Below are positions 50,881-62,000 of a DNA stretch of 62,000 nt, piece after piece. Both the position numbers and the translations under genes were made by a program. Source of the stretch: Wallemia ichthyophaga EXF-994 (Eukaryota > Fungi > Basidiomycota). The stretch is from contig NW_008806284.1 in assembly GCF_000400465.1 (NCBI RefSeq), positions 144,001 to 206,000 of the forward strand, written 5' to 3'. A model generated the notes under the pieces. The model was given only the letters and a program-made list of their open reading frames with translations, had not been told where the DNA came from and made no database searches. Positions within the stretch are counted from its first letter, which is position 1; each line of letters opens with the position of its first letter.

Positions 50881-51684
50881 TTATATTTTCTCATAGATGC
50901 GAACGATGCAACGCGCATTCTCCAACTTGATGGGATAATCTATGCTTTCAGACAGCCTGAACCACTTGGAATCCTCGGAACACACCTTGTTCCACTTGCT
51001 CTGCAGGGTGTGATCGAGTATCATCGTCAGCGGGTACTCTCGCCCACCGCCTCCGACTTGTATATTCGATAAGCCAACGCTCTCCGCAACAACCAGCTTT
51101 GTGCCAGGCTTAGACTGCTCAGTTATCTTGTTGAGGAGCTGCAAAGTGGACTTCTTGGACTGAATAAAAAGCTCTGATATTGTAAACAGTATCGTTATCA
51201 TATCCACTCCCTCATAAGAAATACTGCTGTCACTTAAGACGTTTTTATTGAGAAATTCAACGTCTACGCCATCCTTGAATTCAGTTTGCAGCCTATTAAC
51301 CACCTTGTCCCACTTTCCAATGTCTATCAGCGAAAGCTGCACGTCGCTTAAACCAATCTCTTCTACTAGATGCTGCATTCCACTCAGCTCAGATCCTGCT
51401 CCTCCTCCGATGCTGTTAACACGCATCCCGTCTCTCAGTCCAAGCAGCCTGCTGTGTTCCTTCATCATCCTGTAGTACACAATAGCCCTCGACGGCACGT
51501 ATCTCGCCAGATACGCATCGAGATACTCGTCATTCCCAAACGCTTCCAAGTAGTTTTTGTTGTACAGGTCACGCTTCAAACATTGCAATATACTGCTGAA
51601 ATACCTGCTCGTAATCGTAGATGATGTAATTTTCTTGAACTTATCGACCAATGCTTGTTCTCGATCGGGTGATTCGGAGATCAT
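50881..51684 (-). CDS. BMT6: 25S rRNA (uridine-N3)-methyltransferase, Bmt6/DUF3115 family
   Basis: KRDLYNKNYLEAF, YLARYVPSRAIVY, IGGGAGSE SAM motif, TILFTISELF, SKWFRL..YPIKLEN. Confidence 0.8.
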   Translation of the reverse strand: MISESPDREQALVDKFKKITSSTITSRYFSSILQCLKRDLYNKNYLEAFGNDEYLDAYLARYVPSRAIVYYRMMKEHSRLLGLRDGMRVNSIGGGAGSELSGMQHLVEEIGLSDVQLSLIDIGKWDKVVNRLQTEFKDGVDVEFLNKNVLSDSSISYEGVDMITILFTISELFIQSKKSTLQLLNKITEQSKPGTKLVVAESVGLSNIQVGGGGREYPLTMILDHTLQSKWNKVCSEDSKWFRLSESIDYPIKLENARCIVRIYEKI

Positions 51685-51898
51685 GATATATCTTGATGAT
51701 TTGAGTTAAAGGGGTAGGAATTTGCAATTCGAGGGCTTCTGAGAGTAGCATGTAAAAACTTACAGAGAGAGTAGGAAGTCTGTGACTGCGACGAACATTT
51801 GGCCGCAAAAGTTTTTCCGCGACAAAGACACAAAGTACTAAATAGGAATAAGTCTAAATGCATCGAAATATATTACAAGTATCCGAAAAATCCATAAT

Positions 51899-53681
51899 CT
51901 ATGCTGTTACTGTTTTATCCGACTGTTCGCTCTTCTCCTCCAAACCCAGCATCTCCTTCTCGCGTTGCTCATACTCTCTTATAGATTGGCTAAACTGCGA
52001 CTTCTGTCTGATCTTCTCCCCGTACTTAAACAGAATAAATGGTACCACCCCGAGCAATGCCGCTATGATTGCTATAGTGCAGCTCGTCCAGTTGAAACCC
52101 GTCATTGAGTCATACCACCGGGTGATATAAAGCGGTGTAGTTCCACCCATGAGATTTCTAAAGACATTCTGTGCAGATATAGCCGAAGACGCATAGAGTC
52201 TGTAAGCATCGCTCATGTACGCGAAGGAGGTATTGTAGATGATGTAGATACTGAACAGGATGACAGTGAGTCCTACACACTGCCCCATCCAATGGACATC
52301 CGGATAAGACGTCCATGCATAGATGAAGCATCCAACAGGGAGGCAAACACCACCCACCATAGCCAGGTACAGTCTAGCTTCCGGTGTCCTCTTTTTCTGG
52401 TAGAGTCTCTCCTGCAAAAAGTAGTTGGCAATACCGCCAAGGGCCAATCCCAATACGAATGTGATGTAAAGCAACCCGATTGAGCCAGGTGACCAATCGC
52501 GCTGTGTCTGGAATATGTGTCCGATAGAAGAAATGATAGAATAGAAAATAAACCACGCGAAACCCATCCATAGCGAAAACGCGATGACTATAGGCTCGGT
52601 GAAGAGAATGTAAATAGGTCGCGTCACAGACACTGTCATGAGTTGTTTGAAGTTTGGTCTCTCCAATTCCGATTTGGCTACATAGCGATTATCACCTGTC
52701 TTTTTGCGCAGCTTCTTTGCTTTTGCGTTAAGTACAGCAGATGCGCGTGTCTCTCCCATTGCAATGATGAAGAAAAACCATACGAATGTAGCGATGAGCT
52801 CGACGTATTCTATCCATTCGTAACCGAGGCCCTTCTCCATCATCCACGAGAAACAAAGTGGAAAAATTCCAGCCTGTTGTCTTCATTAGAACGGTTTGTT
52901 TCAACAGCTGGTTCGCACTCACACCCTGCAATGCTGACATAGAGAAAAACGACATGGGTATGCCCCTAGTCTCGTCGTCGAAAATGTCAGCAATAGATCC
53001 ACCGACGAGTGTCGAACCTGCAGTATGTTAGTTTTGGCTGTTTGTTTCGAGCCGAACATACCGGTCGACGCTGCCAAACCGCTTATTAGTCTACCCAGCA
53101 CAACTCCGGTTATGGTGGGCGACAGCGAGATAGTGATAAACATGCACATAAAGATAAAGTAGCTAACTACGTATACTCTGTATCTGCCGATTATTTCTGA
53201 AAACGGAGCCAGAAAGAGCGGTCCAAGTGCGTAGCTGGGTTTGAGGTGAGTTGTGACGCTTTGAGCTCGAAATCTCCATACCCAATAACATAAATGCTGC
53301 GTAAGAGTATTAGAGGTGCTTATCATCGTTCGTTCTCGCACTCACCCTAATCCGAGCTCGAACAAGGTGGAAGAAGTGTTGAGCTGCTCAATCAAATCAG
53401 CTTCAGCGCCAGGAGCTGCATAGCCTGAATAGTATAAATCAGATACTCTATCGCCGTTTTACAGAGCTATTTCGTACCACTAGACGCCCCGCTAACCAAA
53501 AATGAGAAGCCACATAAAGCCAGCGTTGTAAAGTACTTCCGCCTTAATCACAATCTTAGACGCCTGCTTCGAAAATCTACGTAACCCACGGCTTAGACCA
53601 GTTAAAGGGATTCTCGTGCTCCTCTAACGATACCCAAATGACCTCGCTATCCTTGCTGGCCTCATTGTCATCTTTGCTCAT
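51899..53681 (-). CDS. MFS drug:H+ antiporter (DHA1 family), copy 1, multi-exon
   Basis: ENPFNW, LGPLFLAPFSEIIGR, GRLISGLAAS, ETRASAVL..KAKKLRKKTGD, EPIV, PEARL, YASSAISAQNVFR. Confidence 0.92.
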
Positions 53682-53826
53682 AGCTTGATTTGCGTTTCGT
53701 CGTAAGAATTAAACCGATGTCCCGGTGAATGTAACTATGACTGTTTCTATGACTCACCCAACCGAGCTTATTCCACTCTAGCCGAAATCGCCTTTCATAA
53801 TCACAATCAACCTAAAACGGAAGAGA

Positions 53827-55543
53827 ATGGTAGCCACCGGAATTGATCCTGGTGATGATAGCTTCAGCCGGAGTTTAAGCAGATGCAGCACAGTCCACGA
53901 TTCTACTCCGCCAGAACAGAAATCAGTCTCAAATTGGGTGGAAATCGACGACAGTGATGACCCTCAACGCTGGCCGCAGTCTGAGAAGCTCAAGGTTATG
54001 ATTGCTACAATCGGATTTTGTATTCTGGTATCAGGTGCATCCTCTTCGTTCGCTGTCGGAGTTTCAAGTATGGTCGACGATCTCCATACTTCGACAGAAT
54101 TGGGTAGCACGGCGTTGGCTATTTTCGTTATTGGCTTTGCTATAGCTCCTATGTTCTTCGCCGGGGCGTCCGAAGAGCTCGGTAGAACTCCTATGTATGC
54201 TATCACGTTTACTATCTATGGCGCTATGTTTCTACCTATAGGATTATGCAGTAGCATCACTGGCATCATTATTTCTCGCTTTATTCAGGGTCTCGCTGGT
54301 AGCTCTGGCAGCACTATGGTCGCCGGTTAGTTGGCTACCCACTCTAGAGCAACTTTTGACGCTTGGTTGCAGGAACAATATCAGATCTATATGGTAGCCA
54401 TGAAAGGGGCATCTATATGAGCTTTTTTGCCTTGAGCACAATGTCTAGTAAGTTTGACTGCAATTACAAAATTCTCAATCTCATCGATCACTAGGCACGG
54501 GTATCACACCTATGGTCTACTCATTTGTGCCACTAAAAACATCGCTCAGTGTTGCAGGTAGCTCCGGTCAAGGTGGTTGGCGCTGGATTCAGATAATACA
54601 GTGTATAGTGACAGCGTGCTACGGCATAGTCATGGTTTTGTTTCTGAAAGAGACGCGCATAAACGTCATAATGAAGAAAAAGGCTAGGAGAATGCGCAAA
54701 GAGACTGGAGATACAACAATCAAGGCACATGCAGAAGTGTTCAAGCCAACTAAGAAGGAATTACTGCAACAAAGTCTCTTCAGACCCATGCAATACTTAA
54801 CCCAAGAACCTATAGTAATCGCTTTTAGCTTCTTTATCGGATATGCCTGGGCTATCTTCTACTCTTTTATTGCCAGTATCACTCACGTCTTCCTCACTCT
54901 TTACGAAGATAACTACGGCATGAATCAGGGTACTGTAGGATACGTTTATGCTTCGATCGTAGTGGGTAGTGTGTTTGGTTTCCTCTTCAACTACTTTTTC
55001 CAGGAGAAATTTTTCTTCCAACGTTTCAACAAGAGTCGTCCCGTTGAGGCAAGACTAGGCGGTGCGATGGCATCGGGAATTATTTTTCCAATTGGTGCAT
55101 TCATATACGCATTCACTCTATACCCACACGTCCACCCAGCCGGACCTTGTGTCGGGCTGACCGTCATCCTAACAGGCATGTTTTCCATCTACCTATCATC
55201 TATGTCATATCTAGCAGACTGTTACCAAGCAAACGCCAGTAGTGCATTAGCTGCGATTGCTTTGATTCGTAACCTGACCGGAGGTGTAGTTATTCTGGTA
55301 ATAAGGCAGTGGTATGATGGGATGGGATTTGTTTGGGCTGGTTTACTTATTAGCCTTCTGGCTGTAGTGTTTGCTACAGTACCCATAGCGCTCTTCTTCT
55401 TTGGCAAACAATTGCGAATGAGGTCGAAATTCGCTCAGGAGATAGCAAAGATGTTGGAGGACGAGCGACTTGCAGTAAAGCAGGAGCAATTCAGTGAGAA
55501 CCCCGTTGAGATAGACAGACGCACGTCTATACAGCAGGTGTAA
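53827..55543 (+). CDS. MFS DHA1 transporter, copy 2
   Basis: DDPQRWP, SEELGR, RFIQGLAGS, WRWIQ, ETRINVIMKKKARRMRKETGD, PVEARL, ASSALAA. Confidence 0.92.
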
Positions 55544-55794
55544 GGGTACATCTGTATATTTTGGATTATTTGGATTATTTTCGGATCATTTACAGCATTT
55601 TTCACCTCATTTAGAGCATTTTTCCACATTTTTCGCACTTTTCAAGAATCAGCCAATTGCATTTACATAAATTCAAGCATTGTAAAATACATTTTGATGA
55701 AATTAACGCGTTTTTTTACGCGACTTGTGCTGAGTCAATTCAAACCTTATCGTTAAAATTCGGTAGGGTATCCGAGTGAGAAGATAAAAATAGA

Positions 55795-57641
55795 TTGTTT
55801 ATCTGGCGACGTCTACAAAGAACTTGTCAAAGATCCTTAATCACAATTAATTCTTCTACTTCACGCGTCCATCACCTAAACGCTCCTAGCGAGCTAAGCC
55901 GATCAAGTAGCAGCACAATAGATGTGAATTTAGACACTCGAGAGACATACAACGACAATTCAAACTATAAATCAGACACGGATAAGGACAGTCAGCATGT
56001 TCAGCACATATTCATAGAGATTGACGACAAGGATGATCCGATGCGATGGCCCAAGTATAAAAAGATGAGGATAGCGATAGCAGCTATTGGTTTCTCAGTT
56101 TTCGTGTCTGCCAGCACGGCTACCTTTGCACAGGGATTGTACCAGCTCGTGACCGATCTGGATACCACCACCGAGCTCGCGAATGTAGCTCAGGGAATCT
56201 TCGTCGTTGCTTTTGCTTTCCCGCCCATGCTTCTGGCAGGGCTTTCGGAGGAATATGGAAGGAGTAAGATGTGAGTGGTTGAGTGATTCGCAACACAAGT
56301 CTAACAAGACTTAGATTCCTCGTCTCTTACGCTCTCTACACACTTTTGCACCTCCCGATAGCCCTATCGACGAATATTACAGGCGTTATCCTCGGTCGTC
56401 TCTTCCAAGGCTTGGCAGCGAGTACAGGATCGACGCTGACGGCTGGTACGATAGCTGATATTTATACGGGCTATCATCGAGCACTGTGGATGTCAATTTT
56501 TGCAGCCTCTTCTCCTCTAGCCACCGGGGTTGCACCAGTTGTTTACTCATACGTACCCTCCAACTACGCGCTGCACTTCAAAGGTAGCAGTGGTGTTGGC
56601 GGATGGCGCTGGATACAAATTATCCAGATGATAGTGGCATTTGTGTGGGGTATTGTTCTGTGTTTATGGTTTAGGGAAACGCGCGTAAACGTAATCATGA
56701 AGAAGAAGGCTAGAAGAATGCGCAAGGAGACTGGCGACCACTCTCTCCAAGCTGAAGCGGAGCAGTACCGGATGTCGAAGCATCAGATGTTTCGTAATAG
56801 CTTCTTACGACCGTTGAAATTCTTACTGACAGAGCCAATAGTGGCTGTAATGAGCATGTTTATCGGGTGAGTTATAATTAAAACCGACAAGCCTGCACGC
56901 TTGTTATGTTGATAGTTCTCTTACTCCGACTTAGGTTCGCCTGGGCTGTCTTTTTCTCTCTACAGGCTAGCATATCGCACGTCTTCTTGACTCTGTATAG
57001 CGACAACTATGCCATGACTCATGGCTCCGTTGGTTTCGTCTTTATCGCCATCATAGTGGGTACTGTTATTGGTTTTGTTTTCAACCTCTACTTCCAAGAA
57101 AAGTGGTTTTACGACAAGTTTCATCCGCGCTACTCTGTCGAAGCTAGGCTCGGCTCGAGTATGGTATCCGGTATTGTTTTCCCTATCGGCGCTTTCATAT
57201 ATGCGTTCACAACGTACAGTTTCGTGCACTGGATTGCGCCGTGCATCGCAATCACGGTAATTATGGCAGGTATCTTTCCAATCTACTACAGCTCAATGAA
57301 TTATCTCTCTGAATGTTACGGAACGACGGCATCCTCAGCACTAGCGTCTATAGCGATGGTGCGAAATCTGACAGGTGAGGCGTTTGTGGATGATTGCGAG
57401 GTTTTTATTTCTAACTGCTCTCTCTCTCCTAGGCGGGTGCATTCAATTCGTTATTCTCCAATGGCTCGACGGACTCGGGGATAGATTTCAGTATGCGCTG
57501 CTTATGATAGCAGTGATGGCTACAGCGTTAGCAGTGATACCGATTGCACTCTTTCTATTCGGGTCTCGTATACGCCAGCGATCGACGTACGCGCAGGCTA
57601 TATCTGCCAACGAAAGCGCAACAGTTGCTGAAAAAGATTAG
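55795..57641 (+). CDS. MFS DHA1 transporter, copy 3 (start codon unresolved; first in-frame ATG at 56041)
   Basis: DDPMRWP, SEEYGR, RLFQGLAAS, WRWIQ, ETRVNVIMKKKARRMRKETGD; close paralogue of copy 2. Confidence 0.85.
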
Positions 57642-57802
57642 CTTGATAGACGCGAGTCTGTCAATCAGGCGTAGTGTCGATTGTGATTATAGATAATTAG
57701 CAGGAATGTCTTGGGAAAAGAAAATTGTCTTCATCTATAAAGGATTGATTGATATTCTAATATTTCATCTATAAAAGTCTGATATCTAAAATTGCACGCC
57801 AT

Positions 57803-59521
57803 TTACACGCCACTCGAGAGTTCGGCATACTGTCTGCTGCTCATCTCGCTTAAACGCGAGACAGCTCTAGCGAAAGCGAAGACCTCTTCCTGGCCGGTGA
57901 ACATAGACGACGCCCCAACAGTGTCAGCGTTGAGGCCCTGAGTGTGTGTGAGGGGGGTTACGAGAGGGAGTCGAAGCAGCACCATCGTGCCAGTGTGCCA
58001 AGAATCCACTCACCAGATCATCCATCGCAGAACGCATCACGTCGGTGATTTCACCTGCGTTGCTTGACTCATCTGCGAAAATAGCCTCAATCGGCACCTG
58101 CGAAAGGAGGAGGAGGCGAGCTTTCGATTCGTAAGCTGCGTCAATGAAGGTGATGAAACGGCGGGCCTAGAGGTAGAGTGGAGAGGGAGTAGATGTTAGC
58201 GTAAGCGTCAGCACTACTTATACTACCAAAAGCACACCCACCTGATCCTTCACATTGAGGGAGAGCTGCGGGATATCGTCTACAAAGATAGTGTTGAACG
58301 TGGCCACTATCTCGAGATAGTCCGCAGCACTGAGAGGCATTCCGCAGAGCTGAGAAAAGGAGAACCGCGCAACGTTGCCGTCGGAGCTGCTAAGTGGGAT
58401 GCGCAGTGGACGGCCCCACACGTGCAGCTCTCTATTATGGATCACATCAGGAGTAGCATCCGCAGTGGCCTCCCACATCTTTTCAAATTCCGTTCTGTTC
58501 GCTGAATCGATAGGAGAGAAATAAACCTTAGTACTGGCGCGTGGTAATTTGCGGTAATCAGTGCCCGAGTTTAGAGAAACAACATCAAATGCCGTCTTGA
58601 GAAGGGAGATGCAAGGAAGGAAAGAGTCGCGCTGAATGCCATTTGCGTACAGCTCATCGGGATGTCTGTTACTAGTCATAACCGCCACAACACCGCGATC
58701 GATCAGACCATCGAACAACCTGCGCAGGATCATCGCATCGACTATATCGACCACTTGGAATTCATCGAAGGAGAGCACGGTGCATTCTTGGGCTAGCAAC
58801 TCTATCACGTCAGCTAAAGGATCAGAAGAGCCTGCCACGCGCGCTACGTGTATCCGCTTGTGCACGCTCTGCATAAACGCGTGAAAATGCCACCTCTGCG
58901 CGCGGTCGCGGAGGTGGGACGGGACTGTGTTGTGGAAGAGGTCCATGAGCATTGATCTGTGTGAGTGTGAGAGTGAGTTTGTGCTATATAAACAACCTCA
59001 ACTCACTTCCCCGTGCCTACGTCGCCGTAGAGATACAGACCATGTGGGATACGGGAGCGTTTATCTTCGATGGCCTGTGCGCGTTCGGAATCAAGTAGCG
59101 CCTGCGATTTACCTCCAATGACCCGTTTCCACCACGGCAGCGGCGCGGTAGATGCACTAATGCGGCTGTCTAGTGCAAATAGTGCGCTGGGATTATACGT
59201 CGTCAGCTCGCAATGGAGATCATTGAGTCGGGCTATAACCCGGGATTGGTGACTATCAGCATTGAGAACACCCGTTTTAACGAGGTCTTTGTATTTCTCT
59301 ATTGGCGTGTTCGTGGATGAAGCTGTGTGCGGTGTGTTGCCCCCTCTGCTTCCCTCTTCGCCCGCATATCCATCCTCTGTCTCCTCAGCGCTGAGCGTGG
59401 TGTGCGTGCTGTAAACTCTACCACTAATTCTGCCCATTTTATTAAAACTCGTGTGCCTTATCCCACTGCGAACACTCCTCGGTATTCCTCGAATCACCTG
59501 CGCCAATCGCGACGTCATCAT
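57803..59521 (-). CDS. AFG1: AFG1/LACE1 (ZapE-like) mitochondrial ATPase, multi-exon
   Basis: GLYLYGDVGTGK|SMLMDLF, RWHFHAFM, LSFDEFQVVDIVDAMIL, TSNRHPDELY, DYRK, RRFITFIDAAYE, FAFARAVSRL. Confidence 0.94.
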
Positions 59522-59692
59522 GGAAGCAAAGAGGGGACTGAAGCGAGAAGACAAAAACAAAAAAGTCGAGTAACAAATAAAACAACGCAAAAGGATCGGA
59601 AGAATGCAATGTGTATTATTATTTCGTTAAGTGACAGATACATCTAAATAAAACATGAAATGGTGTGTAGGGGATAAATACAGCTAACTAAT

Positions 59693-61678
59693 TTAGTCAA
59701 CCTCCTCAACAGATGGGCCATCACCGCCACCTTGGCCTTCAGCACCTGGGGCAGGTGCACCACCTGGCATACCGCCTGGAGCACCGCCTTGACCGTAGAG
59801 CTTCTGCATGATTGGTGAGGCAACACCCTCAAGTTCCTTCTGGCGACTCTCAAACTCATCCTTGCTAGCAGCTTCAGAGTTGTCGAGGAATGAGATTGTC
59901 TCGTTGACAGCCTCATCCAACTTCTTCTTGTCATCTTCACCGAACTTGTCCTTGAGGTTGTCGTCATTCATTGCGTTACGCAAGTTGTAGGCGTATGACT
60001 CAAGTCCGTTACGTGCGTGGATTCTTGAGGCTGCTTCTTCATCCTCAGCCTTGAACTTCTCAGCATCACTAACCATTCTCTCAATGTCCTCCTTAGTAAG
60101 ACGACCCTTGTCGTTAGTGATGGTGATCTTGTTGCTCTTACCGGTAGTCTTGTCAGCAGCGTTAACGTTCAAAATACCGTTAGCGTCAATGTCGAAGGTA
60201 ACCTCGATTTGTGGTACACCACGTGGTGCTGGTGGAATACCAGAAAGTTCGAATTTACCGAGCAAGTTGTTGTCCTTGGTACGAGCACGTTCACCCTCGA
60301 ATACTTGGATAAGGACACCTGGTTGGTTGTCGGCGTAAGTAGAGAAGACCTCAGACTTCTTGGTTGGAACAGTAGTGTTACGCTTGATGAGTGCAGTCAT
60401 CACACCACCTGCAGTTTCAATACCGGTTGAGAGTGGAGCAACATCGAGAAGGAGCAAGTCTTGAGTCTTCTCTGAAACATCACCGCTGAGGATCGAAGCT
60501 TGGACAGCAGCACCGAAAGCAACAGCCTCATCAGGGTTGATGGAGCGGTTAGCCTCCTTACCGTTGAAGAAGTCAGCAACGAGCTTTTGGATCTTTGGAA
60601 TACGAGTAGAACCACCAACAAGGACAATGTCGTGGACAGAGGACTTGTCAGCCTTGGCATCACGGAGAACGCTCTCGACAGGCTCCATGGTGTTACGGAA
60701 AAGATCTTGACAGAGTTCCTCGAAACGAGCACGGGTGATTGACGAGTAGAGGTCCATACCCTCGAACAAAGAGTCGATTTCAATGGTAGTTTGAGCAGCA
60801 GATGAAAGGGTACGCTTGGCACGCTCACATGAAGTGCGGAGACGACGCATAGCACGAGCGTTGTCGGAGATGTCCTTCTTGTTCTTACGCTTGAATTCTT
60901 GAACAAAGTGGTTGACGAGACGGTTGTCAAAGTCCTCACCACCAAGGTGAGTGTCACCAGCAGTGGACTTGACTTCGAAGATACCCTCCTCGATGGTGAG
61001 GAGTGAGACATCGAAGGTACCACCACCCAAATCGAAGATAAGGACGTTGCGCTCACCCTCAGTCTTCTTGTCGAGACCGTAAGCAATAGCAGCAGCGGTT
61101 GGCTCGTTGATGATACGCATGACGTTGAGACCAGCGATCAAACCGGCGTCCTTGGTAGCTTGACGTTGTGAGTCGTTGAAGTAGGCTGGAACGGTAACAA
61201 CGGCGTCCTTGACGGTGGTACCGAGGTAAGCCTCAGCAATGTCCTTCATCTTGACGAGAACCATTGCGCTGACTTCCTCAGGAGTGAATTGCTTCTTCTC
61301 GCCCTTGTACTCGACCTCGATCTTTGGCTTGTCGGCTGAGTCTTGGATGAGCTTGAATGGCCAGTGCTTGTTGTCAGCCTGGACATCGTCATCAGAGAAC
61401 TTGCGACCAATCAAACGCTTAGCGTCGAAGACCGTGTTGTAAGGGTTCATAGCCGTTTGGTTCTTTGCGGCGTCACCAATCAGACGCTCAGTGTCTGTGA
61501 AAGCGACGTATGAAGGGGTAGTGCGGTTACCTTGGTCGTTGGCGATAATTTCGACTCTGTCGTTTTGCCAGACAGCGACACAGGAGTATGTTGTACCCAA
61601 ATCGATACCTGGGATATTTGTTAGTTTAGCTGCTATGAAATTCCTATAACCCTCACCAATTGCTTTGCTAGATGTCAT
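59693..61678 (-). CDS. HSP70: Cytosolic Hsp70 (Ssa-type); intron 61609-61656
   Basis: [35 protein letters not shown]-terminal GPSVEEVD; strong codon bias. Confidence 0.98.
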   Translation of the reverse strand: MTSSKAIGEGYRNFIAAKLTNIPGIDLGTTYSCVAVWQNDRVEIIANDQGNRTTPSYVAFTDTERLIGDAAKNQTAMNPYNTVFDAKRLIGRKFSDDDVQADNKHWPFKLIQDSADKPKIEVEYKGEKKQFTPEEVSAMVLVKMKDIAEAYLGTTVKDAVVTVPAYFNDSQRQATKDAGLIAGLNVMRIINEPTAAAIAYGLDKKTEGERNVLIFDLGGGTFDVSLLTIEEGIFEVKSTAGDTHLGGEDFDNRLVNHFVQEFKRKNKKDISDNARAMRRLRTSCERAKRTLSSAAQTTIEIDSLFEGMDLYSSITRARFEELCQDLFRNTMEPVESVLRDAKADKSSVHDIVLVGGSTRIPKIQKLVADFFNGKEANRSINPDEAVAFGAAVQASILSGDVSEKTQDLLLLDVAPLSTGIETAGGVMTALIKRNTTVPTKKSEVFSTYADNQPGVLIQVFEGERARTKDNNLLGKFELSGIPPAPRGVPQIEVTFDIDANGILNVNAADKTTGKSNKITITNDKGRLTKEDIERMVSDAEKFKAEDEEAASRIHARNGLESYAYNLRNAMNDDNLKDKFGEDDKKKLDEAVNETISFLDNSEAASKDEFESRQKELEGVASPIMQKLYGQGGAPGGMPGGAPAPGAEGQGGGDGPSVEEVD

Positions 61679-61721
61679 TATTTTATTTTGTGATGGTTAT
61701 GTGAGAAGCCCCTTCGCTGGC

Positions 61722-61728
61722 TTATATT
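61722..61728 (-). promoter_or_regulatory. TATA-like box of HSP70
   Basis: AATATAA on the minus strand, about 45 nt upstream of the ATG and between the ATG and the HSEs. Confidence 0.5.
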
Positions 61729-61745
61729 TGGTGAAATTTTGTCAA

Positions 61746-61785
61746 ATTCCCGAAGTTAAGAGAAGATGAGAGAATGTTCCCGAAA
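61746..61785. promoter_or_regulatory. Phased heat-shock element array upstream of HSP70
   Basis: aTTCc cGAAg ttaag aGAAg atgag aGAAt gTTCc cGAAa: 6 of 8 in-register nGAAn/nTTCn units, with a perfect triple at 61771-61785. Confidence 0.85.
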
Positions 61786-61888
61786 TGTCGTGGGTGAGGG
61801 TGAGAGGGGTATCATTGAGATCGCGCGGATTCGGTGATTCTGTTGGTGCTTTACATGTGTACAATTGGTTTATTGTGGGTGCGCCTAT

Positions 61889-61896
61889 TGACGTCA
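61889..61896. promoter_or_regulatory. CRE/ATF-type palindrome TGACGTCA in the HSP70 upstream region
   Basis: Exact octamer; function is inferred from the bZIP (Atf1-type) consensus. Confidence 0.5.
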
Positions 61897-62000
61897 TCTG
61901 CGGACTGCGTCGTCTTCTTGATTGAAAATACGAATATATTCATCAATTGTATTACAAGATATAAATCATTCATTCTCTCCTAGTAAAAGTGCTCTGCTTG

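Noticed and set aside
59808-61442. Plus-strand ORFs antisense to HSP70
   Set aside because: Antisense ORFs are a well-known by-product of hsp70 codon bias; here they are fragmented by stops.

Overview
Eukaryotic fungal genomic DNA, not bacterial. It is extremely gene-dense, with about 34 protein genes, GT-AG introns mostly of 45-57 nt carrying CTAAC/CTGAC branch points, and intergenic gaps often under 100 nt. This compactness and the basidiomycete-like proteins suggest a Wallemia-type genome (inference, not verified). Gene order: phosphoketolase (partial) and acetate kinase, M13 peptidase, GPI cupredoxin-like protein, a ~3 kb gene-free stretch with an intron-containing tRNA-Glu(UUC), UGP1, ELP4, eIF3h, IDI1, MED21, ERF2, MIS12, ASA1, an orphan membrane protein, a four-gene lipid-modification block (steroid 5-alpha-reductase-like, sphingolipid C9-methyltransferase, HSL-type alpha/beta hydrolase, stand-alone DUF2156 aminoacyl-tRNA transferase), LTN1, ATM1, a spliced 59-aa micro-protein, an RBM5/10-like protein, a spliced ElaA-like GNAT, KDM5, PSY2, a SPO71-like protein, PEX6, a small Cys-rich ORF, BMT6, three DHA1 MFS transporters, AFG1 and cytosolic HSP70 with a phased HSE array. 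The best candidate for an undescribed system is the ErdS-type tRNA-dependent transferase that lacks its AspRS domain and sits head-to-head with a putative deacylase inside the lipid block. All family assignments come from motif recognition by eye; no searches were run. Exon boundaries were derived by hand.
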